Assembly: GCA_046563655.1 (NCBI GenBank)
Contig: CM102289.1
Coordinates: 5,704,001-5,768,000, forward strand
DNA: 64,000 nucleotides
Direction of reading: 5' to 3'
Source of the DNA: Yuukianura sp. NJ FZ-2021
Taxonomy: Eukaryota
Positions 37,697-46,448 of this stretch are shown here, in pieces; the first letter of the stretch is position 1, and each line of letters opens with the position of its first letter. The position numbers were made by a program, and so were the translations under genes. The notes below the pieces were generated by a model. The model saw only the letters and a program-made list of their open reading frames with translations. It made no database searches and had not been told where the DNA came from.

Positions 37697-40200
37697 TCTC
37701 CTTAAAAGCCAAGCTCTAAAATTTTGCAATCACAGTTCAACCAAACTGAAAATTTTAAAAATGATTCCGTGTCCTAAATTTTTCTAAAAAAAAAAAAATA
37801 AAGATTCTACACTCATGAACTTTTGAACAGATTTGTGCCCAGGCATTTCAAAATTCTGAAACTTCAAAATAAACACTTCAGTTTCTAAAACTCTCTCCGT
37901 GTCAACATGTTTTTAACAATTTTCTAAAGTGGATGCCAATTTTTTTTTGGATGCCAATTTGTTTCCAACGTTCCATTTTTATGATTACACCACTTGATAA
38001 TCCTTGCGTTGCTGAACATAAGTAGTAGGATGACTTATCTATAGAAAAAAAAATCGTAACATGCAAGATGAGAGGATTTTTTTTTCGCTTCATTCTGCAA
38101 TTAGACTAACAAAGTGGTATTTTTTTTTTTTTCGAAAATTGTTTCTGGAAGAGCAGACTGCTGAAAATGAAAGTGTGGGATCTAAAAGTGAAAGTGACTA
38201 GAAACACACGGAGGATAATTTTCCTCTCTGTTAATTACAACCATAAATTACTCTCGTCTGGGATCCACTATACGGCTACGAGTAACAAAATCTTGGAAGA
38301 AGCTGTATAAGGAAAGAGGATGTTTTCAGCTAAATTTGAAAAAAAAATTAGTTTTTGCCGCCAAGTCCTTTGCTTTCTCGGTTTAAGTGTGAGAACATCC
38401 TTTGCAGCACACAAAATGAAGCTTTCTAAGAAAGAGACTTTGTGAAAAGATGGTTCCAGAGATTTTGCATCTTTCTCCACTTTCTCCCAAAAACGCTTTT
38501 CACCAAAAACTGTCATCAGTCTCCTCTTCCTTTCTTGATGATCTATGAGCCCTTTTGGCGGGGGTTTACAAAATGGAAAATTGCACAGAAGTTGGCTACT
38601 TGCAGCAAAACCTAGAAAAGAATATAGTAACAGTAAGTTTCTTTCTGCAAGGAAGATAGTGGGTTAATTTTCAGTTGAGCTTTTATTGTAATACATATAA
38701 ATGTATAACACATAAATGAGACGAACGTTCTGGAAGATTTTGTGTAACATGATTAGGCTATTTCTATTCAACGCTTATCATAAACAAGGAGGATTTGATG
38801 TTAAGATTGTTTCCTTTGAAACTGGACACTGGACAATGATTATAAAGTTTCAATTTTCTTACATTTGACTGAGTCTAGGGTTTATGAAGTCGTAAAATAT
38901 CGTATTCAATGTCAAGCCAATACAAGGTTAACTAACATACATCGGACTTTAATTTAAAAGCATTGGTTACTGTGTAATTTGAATGAAAGACGGTAATCTG
39001 CTGCGTTTGGATGATGTGGAAATGAATTTGCCAAAACCGCAATTCAAACACTGATGTTTCATTTTATTTTTTTAAAATAATTTTGGAAACTTTCATATTT
39101 TCAAAGTTTCACCTATTTCAAAAAATAATTAAAAATCGTTTTAATGATTTGGGGGAAACTGAGACTTTATGAGAAAGGGGAGGAGCTACAAGGGATCGCT
39201 GATGCGAAGTTCTTTGTTAGCCGAAGATGGTGGGTGAGCAACAAAAGGGGACGGACGCGGAAGTTAGCACATAAGTGTTATGCAGGGGCGGAAATAGTAG
39301 CCGCACTGAGCCGGGCATTTCTGAGTTCTTAAATCGTTGAACTACATGGTTTACCGGTTTGATGCATGGTTTAAACGTTTTCGAACATACCAAGCTTCAC
39401 GAATCTTCAAACCGGTTCGGATGGGATTAATGCTGCTGGAAATAGCTACGCATAATTCAAACAACCACAGAATTGTCCACATATCGTTTTCAAATAAAGC
39501 ATGAATATGCTATGTTCCAGAAAAACCATTAATTATAACAATTATTATTGTTTCCTGCCATCAAATCACAAAACAATACGTCGCAATTATGACATTCGTA
39601 AGTCAGTAGGATGGATATCAGCAGTATGCTATTCGGCAACGCAACATTTGCAGCATACCGGGATTCGTGCTTCATATGTCGGCTCGCGACCCGCGCTCGG
39701 AGGAATTTTGGGTTTTACACATCTTTGCCCCTAAAGTTGATTGACCTCTCGTGTATTTGTCATCCTCCTCCTCCCTTCTCGACAAAGACACGTCACCATC
39801 CGACGCAGTTCATGCAAGGTAGACATTTTCGTCTTCTTCAGTTTCGTCCTGGACTTCAAACAAGTCACTTCGCTTCTGCCTTCCGTCCTCATCGGTTGTC
39901 TTCCGTCCACCAACCACTGGTCATCGTCAACGTCCTGCTGTATTCCATCGTCGATCGTCAACACCTATTTGCCTACCTCTCCTCTGAGATTCAATTGAAG
40001 CTCAAATCGACAATTCGCAAAGGTAAGTGAAGATTACACAGATAAACGCTGATTACAGAGTGTATTTTGATGTTTTTCATTGTGCTTTCGTATCGAACCA
40101 TTTCTAAGCTGCCTCTTTGAAAGCAGAACGATTTGGGCTGCGGAACGTTAATGTGCTATTGTATAAGTTGTGAGTACTTGTTTTGACTTTGTGTTTGCAG

Positions 40201-41432
40201 ATGGTTGCTGAAGGGCAAGAGATCGAGGTCGTTGACCTTGCTCTCTCGGAGCTGAAGACCATTGACTCTAGCTCGGAGGTTAAGGTCATTGACCATAACT
40301 TGGAGGTTAAGGTCAGCGAGCCAAATGAGACTGGATCTCCCGTGACTAAAGAGAAGAGGCGAAGGCATAAGCCAAAGGCTGAACGAGCTGCTCGTCCTGC
40401 GAAAGAAGTGCCTGAACCTCGCAATGTAAGGAACTGTATTTTATGTACGCTAATCTTTATTACAATTTGCATGTCACTTCTATTCATTTGGGATGTGTTT
40501 CTTTTACAGGTAGTTGAACCGGAGGTGGATGTTAAGACTGTCCTGGATAACATCCCTCAAGGAAACTACAAGGTTATCTCCTTTGCTGTAGACTTGACGG
40601 GAAAGAAAACGACAGATGAGATCTGTCAAATCGCTGCCTTTGCTCCACCAAGCGAAGCCTACAATCAATATGTGATGCCATCATGTGATGTCACCATTGG
40701 TGGAACTAAAAGTCATGGGGTCAGAGTATTTGTTATGTTCGGGTATGGTTTGGAAGACCAATTGATTCTTATCTTGCTTGTGTTTGTATTTAAATCTTAT
40801 TGAATCCTATTTGTTTGATGGCAGGAAATATCGTGTTCTTCGTAATGTCTGGAGCCGGAAAATTCTGAAGACCAAAAGTATCTTCTCAACTCTGAATGAG
40901 TTTCTGGACTGGCTGAAACAACAGAAGGGGTCCAGTGATGGCATTATTTTGGCTTACCACGACCACAACCGGGTCAACGTTCCATTCTTCTTGAACAAGG
41001 CTGTCCAGTCCTTCAAGATGGTGGAAGAGTTCGGACAACTAATCAAAGGAGTGGTCAACTGTGCTGATCTACCATTCGAACCTGAGTCGGCTCCAGCTGG
41101 AAAAGAGAACAAGCGACGATCCAACACGTTCTACAGTCGCATTCGAGAATGTAAGTATTACCAACGTAATGATTAAACGCAACTAATCAATAGATAAGTG
41201 AATAAAGTTTGATTCTACAGCAGGTTTCGAACCGGACATGGACAAGGACAAACTCAAAACACATCTTCAAAGCGCCAAGATCCGAGCTGAGTTCACTTAC
41301 AAGCTCCATGCCAAGATGTTCGATTGTAAGGAAAATGCCGACATTCTATTCGACGACATCAAGAAAGCACTCTACGCTGGAGTGGCAACCACTGCGACTG
41401 CTGCCGCTGTCGAGAAAAACTCAGAGGCCTAA
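40201..41432 (+). CDS. exu: Exuperantia-like protein (DEDD pseudo-exonuclease fold), 331 aa, 4 coding exons
   Basis: Exons 40201-40425, 40510-40742, 40825-41150, 41221-41432 (996 nt, frame-consistent, GT-AG). Exu motifs GNYKVISFAVDLTGKKTTDEICQIAAF, YNQYVMP, GKYRVLRN..KILKTKSIFSTLNEFLDWL, DGIILAYH, SAKIRAEFTY. An upstream 5'UTR exon ends at AAG|gtaagt (40022) and the acceptor tttgcag abuts the ATG. Confidence 0.88.
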
Positions 41433-41677
41433 AGTCGCCTACAACTTCATCTCAACTCATCAATCCAAGGTTCTAATTCAGATAACTACAAGGGGTCATC
41501 TCTAAGAGAAATACTAAAAAAAATTGGTATATTATTACAAATTGAAGGTATAAGGTTAACTTAAACTAGAGACCTTTTGTCACTAGTCAGCCAATTAGTC
41601 ACATTATAGTTAAGGTTAATGTGAAAGTCTATATAAATTGTACCTTTATTCTGTGAATTGTGAACTTCATGATTATT

Positions 41678-42202
41678 TTAGCTACTATCTAATACTATTG
41701 GCCTTTCTAACGGTATTCGCGCACTTTCACCTGGTCTGTTATCAAGTGTCACTTCTAATTGTTCTATTCTCCAAGATGGTAGCGGTTGTTCTTGCGATTG
41801 CGAAGACGTAGCGTTGTCGACAGTTGAATTCGTATTTTTGCTGGAACCGAGTACATCGTCGTCAATGTCAATTGGTCTCACTGCCTTGGTGTAAAGCATC
41901 CCACGGTTTTTAGAGCCAGTCACAGGAATCAGCACCCGCATTTCCGTTGGTGTGTTGAAATTCTTCTTATCATGGAAATTAACGTTGCCAAAGTAAATTG
42001 GTGGTCCGAACAGGTCAACGGTTGGTTGATTGGCCAGTAAGTGTTGTGTTGCTTTAACGTAGAAGTCTGATTTTCTTACTCGACGATCGGAGTACCATTT
42101 CATAATAAGGACTGCTGAAGAACCAACGAGCCCGATGTATCCTGCAATTCGGAGCAATTTAATGTTGGAGCTCGAGATCGGCTTCGACCTTAACATTGGC
42201 AT
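41678..42202 (-). CDS. COA1: Cytochrome c oxidase assembly factor 1 homolog (COA1/MITRAC15), 174 aa, single coding exon
   Basis: N-terminal TM (IAGYIGLVGSSAVLIM), then SDFYVKATQHLLANQPTVDLFGPPI, IPVTGSKNRGMLYTKA and WRIEQLEV, matching the Coa1 pattern. Probable 5'UTR intron 42448-42227; AATAAA on the minus strand at 41650-41645. Confidence 0.85.
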   Translation of the reverse strand: MPMLRSKPISSSNIKLLRIAGYIGLVGSSAVLIMKWYSDRRVRKSDFYVKATQHLLANQPTVDLFGPPIYFGNVNFHDKKNFNTPTEMRVLIPVTGSKNRGMLYTKAVRPIDIDDDVLGSSKNTNSTVDNATSSQSQEQPLPSWRIEQLEVTLDNRPGESARIPLERPIVLDSS

Positions 42203-43388
42203 GACGTATCCTCCCCAAATTCCAGCCTAAGTAACATAAGCAATTATTCCGGTGAATTATGACATCAGTACTGGTAACTGAAGATCTAAAACCAAACAAA
42301 AATCATCAACTTAACAATAATATACGTACTTTTAATCTCTACGCAAATTAGGAAGTTGCAAATTGCACCTTGCAATTAAATTTTTCAGATCATCTGCCCA
42401 TTCCAAGTGAAATTACTTTGAATCTTCGTCTGAAATAGCCAAACTCACCTTTAAATCAAATTGAGCCGTCACAATTTCTACACAATTTTTGTACAAAGAA
42501 AATCGAAAATCGCAATTAAATTAAAAACATCGTTTAAATTCGTAATGAATTGATAAATTGTTTGTTTTGATGGTCAGCTGTTTTGACAATGCGCTAAATA
42601 CAAAATATGGATTAAGCATAATGCAAAACGCTAATACCTACCATTGCATTTGCATTTGAGTTGATTTGCCAAAAGCAAAATGAAAAACAAAAACAAAAAC
42701 GACGTGCTAAAATATTTTAGCTGAAATGTTTTAGTGTTCCGGTAAATTCAAAGATTGTCTACAGTAAAACCCACAATAAATCAAACGTAAATACTTTACA
42801 TGAGATTGCAATTTGAAAGTACCGTAAATGCTCTAATGCAAGCGCGTATTCTAATATAAGCGCATACACGTTATATTAATACTACCTATTTTATTTTACT
42901 TGTTATCTCGCATGTGTCTGTTTTTGCTTTTAAAGTAAACACAGCAATCAATAGCTGTTTATAGCAAAGAAAAAAAGCACATCTTCGTGTATAAACAATA
43001 GTTTTTTTTTTGAAATACTGGCTTGCTGGCACTAGTAATTGACATGTTTTGTAGGAACCTCACAAATTGGCATTTGTGATTATGGCATTTTGTAGTCTTT
43101 TTTGATTGTTTTGTTAGAGCTCCGCCTTGGAGAATGAGATTATGATTTTTTTTTTGCAAGCAACCTGTCAGCAAAGAGCAGACGGACATTGGATATTGGA
43201 AAGTCAGAAAGTGGGAGTATTCCATTGACTAAACCAGTTAGATTAGTAAGTTAATTGTAGAAACTTTTAGTTGATCTTGATCTTATGACCATTTAAGCTC
43301 CTTTGTACGACAATTTTGGGGATTGACAATCAGCTTTCGAGAGGGTGGCAATTCCGAGACAAGTTCGAGAACATAAACGGCAACGACA

Positions 43389-45709
43389 ATGTCAAACGGA
43401 AGCGGCAAGGAGCCACAAATCGACATTTTTGGGAGATCGGAGGCGGATGCGGACGACGACGATATCTTCAGGTCCGCTATTGAGGTAATTTTAATTTTAA
43501 TACGTTTGAGTGAGAGGTGGTAGATGATAATTCTGTGATTTTTTTGTTTTTAGTCTCCCCTGACAGATTCCGAGCGAACAGGTGTAGTACCGGGAGATGA
43601 AATTGATTTGAACGATGAAGATGAGGACGATACTTTGGGATTTCCAACACCAAAGAAATCAGAAACATCGGTTAATGAAGTCGAAAAGAAAGCGATGATT
43701 AATGGTGACCCAGAGAAGAGTGTCAAAGATTCAGAGAAAACGAAGGACCAATCCCTCAAGACAAAAGAGCCTTACTCACAAAACGATCAAAGTCCAACAT
43801 TGCCTCAGGCAGATTTGACTCATTCCACTGTAAGCTGATTAGAAGTATTGACGTAGCGGCAGTTTACACAACATGTTTTTGTAATCTTTAATAGGTTAAT
43901 GTAGATACAAAGCCTTCATTGGAGAGTAGCGTTGATCTGGGGAGTACAACGGGCGTCATGGACGAGGTGAAAGGAACTTAATTTTTTATTTAATTTTCGT
44001 ATTTTTGTTTTCATACTTTTGAACATTCGTTTTGCCTGTAGGTAACTGCTAGGACGGATGGACAATACATAGAAATCACAGTTGCTGATCCACAGAAGCA
44101 AGGCGAAGGCATGTCAGGCTTCATTGTCTATCGCGTTACAACCAAAACAAACATTGCACTGTTTCGTCGCAAAGAGTTTGCTGTTTGGCGTCGATTCTCT
44201 GATTTTTTGGGCCTTCATTCAAAGCTAGCGGACAAATATTTGAAAAAGGTTTCATGTTTTACTTAAAAAGCATATTTAATATTTATAAAATAAATCCAAA
44301 TCTTATTATTGCAGGGGAGAATAGTCCCTCCAGCACCTGAGAAACACGTATTTGGATCTACAAAGATCAAAATGTCGTCCGGCCAGGCGTCTACTGAAGC
44401 ATCAGGCTCTCTTGGAGCCGGTGCTTCCTCAGAATTTATTGACAAGAGACGAGCTCTACTGGAGCGATTCATGAACCGAATATCTGCTCATCCAATACTT
44501 TGTATGGATCCAGACTTTCGGGATTTCTTAGAAATCGATTCCGATTTACCAAAAGCAACCAACACGTCCGCATTTAGTGGTGCTGGAGTCGCTCGTCTCA
44601 TTAGTCGATTCGGAGAAACCGTGAACAAAATCTCATACAAAATGGATGAATCTGATACGGTATTGTGCTCGTCATAACTTTATCACGCCTTTTTCTTTCT
44701 AATGATGTTTCTATTTCCTAGTGGTTTGAAGAGAAAACACAAAATATTGATGCCCTTGAGAACCAACTACGGAAAGTCTATAACAGTGTGGAGTTACTTG
44801 TTACAAATCGAAAGGAATTGGCTACAGCAACTGGAACGTTTGCAAAAAGTGCTGCAATTCTGAGCAACAATGAGGAACATACGTCCCTGTCTCGAATTTT
44901 GTCTCAGTTGGCGGAAGTTGAAGAAAAGGTTTGTTTCCAGTATCCAAAGCAATGTTTGTTCAGCCAAAGTGAAGTCCTGTTTGCTAATATAATGTGTCTT
45001 TTTGTTTGATATTCAGGTGGAACAAATGCACTATGACCAAGCCAATTCCGACTTTTTCTTATTCTGTGAACTGCTCAAGGACTACATTGCTTTAATTACC
45101 TCTATCAAGGTAAGAATCGCATAAACCTAAATTGTTCAGCGCAATTTAATACATGTACATTCTTACTTTTGACATTTGGGATTCTCCAATATATTTTTTT
45201 ATGCTTATGACTTGTAGGAAGTTTTTCATGAACGAGTCAAGGCGTATCAGCTGTGGCAACAAGCTCAACAGACACTAAACAAGAAACGAGAGACGAAGGC
45301 TCGTCTAGAGTTACAACAAAAAACTGACAAATTGGCACAAGCAAGAGAGGAGGTTGTGGAGGTAATTCGATAATCCTAATTTGTGTTGATTTTAAATTAC
45401 GACTTAATCTTTTGCGTTTCAATTTTCAGTGGGAATCAAAAGTTGAACGTAGTCAGGAAGAATTCAATACAATTTCCATTGTGATCAAAAAGGAATTGGA
45501 GCAGTTTGAGGTTGGGCGAGTGAAGGAATTCAAGAAAATCATCGTCAAGTACTTGGAGTCGCTGCTTCATCACCAACAAGAGGTTAGCTTAAATAGAGTT
45601 TTGGAAAAAGTATTTTGAATTTCTGTTTGAGAGAACTTTTTCTTGGTAATTTTAGTTGGTGAAATACTGGGAGGCCTTTCTGCCAGAATTCAAGGCAGTT
45701 ACAACGTGA
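43389..45709 (+). CDS. Snx1: Sorting nexin 1/2 (PX + BAR, retromer SNX-BAR), 548 aa, 10 exons
   Basis: Exons 43389-43484, 43554-43829, 43895-43966, 44042-44248, 44315-44659, 44722-44928, 45017-45109, 45218-45361, 45430-45582, 45656-45709. PX motifs ITVADPQKQGEGM..IVYRVTTKT, VWRRFSDFLGLH, GRIVPPAPEK, FIDKRRALLERFM; BAR region; C-terminus YWEAFLPEFKA typical of SNX1/2. Probable 5'UTR intron 43246-43333. Confidence 0.95.
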
Positions 45710-46448
45710 TATGCTTTTTAAATAATGTTGAGTCAATTGCAACTTGCTACACACACCACACCACGACAAAGGATCTATTTGGACAACTGACTACTCCGCC
45801 TGCGTACCTTTTAATTTCCGGGTTTCCCTTTAACTAAACGTAGCGTTAGCGTTAGTCGTAGCTCTCAGATTCTGAAACAGTTTTCATTGGTCTAAACGGT
45901 CCCCTAGCACGGTGGTTCTCTTCTTTTGTCCGTGGATTCACTCACAATGCTGTTCCATTTGGTTACTTTAGTTTAAATTATGGACTCTGGCTAAAATATT
46001 GAGAATTTATTCGATTCAATTCCTGATTGTACTTGTGCATATCCATGAGGTGGTACCAGGGGTATCTGGTTTTGCTTCTAACGTTATTCTGCATTATTTC
46101 ATAATTAGGCAGACTTAAATTAAAAATGTCTTATTGTTACACACAAACGTCTACGTCACAGTTACAAATTCCAAACCAAATAAAGTTGGAAACTCTGACA
46201 ATGGTCCACTTCCAGCATACATATTTCCAGTTTCTTTCAAACGCAGAACAGATTTCACATTTGAGCCATTCTGAAAGCCTATTTGAATTTTTTTGGTGGA
46301 AAAAACATGAATGCTCAAAGTTTTCACCTTGGGAATGTCTACGAAGATTTGTTGGGCAACAAAAACACAATATTTCGCTTTCACTTTGTATTTTTGCAAA
46401 AGGAAATCTGCGTTTTTGTTTTGGTTTGTAGTCGACTGTGCAAAAAAA

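Noticed and set aside
42227..42448. C/D-box-like motifs (TGATGA...CTGA) in the COA1 5'UTR intron
   Set aside because: The spacing of about 45 nt is too short, and there is no terminal stem or recognisable guide.
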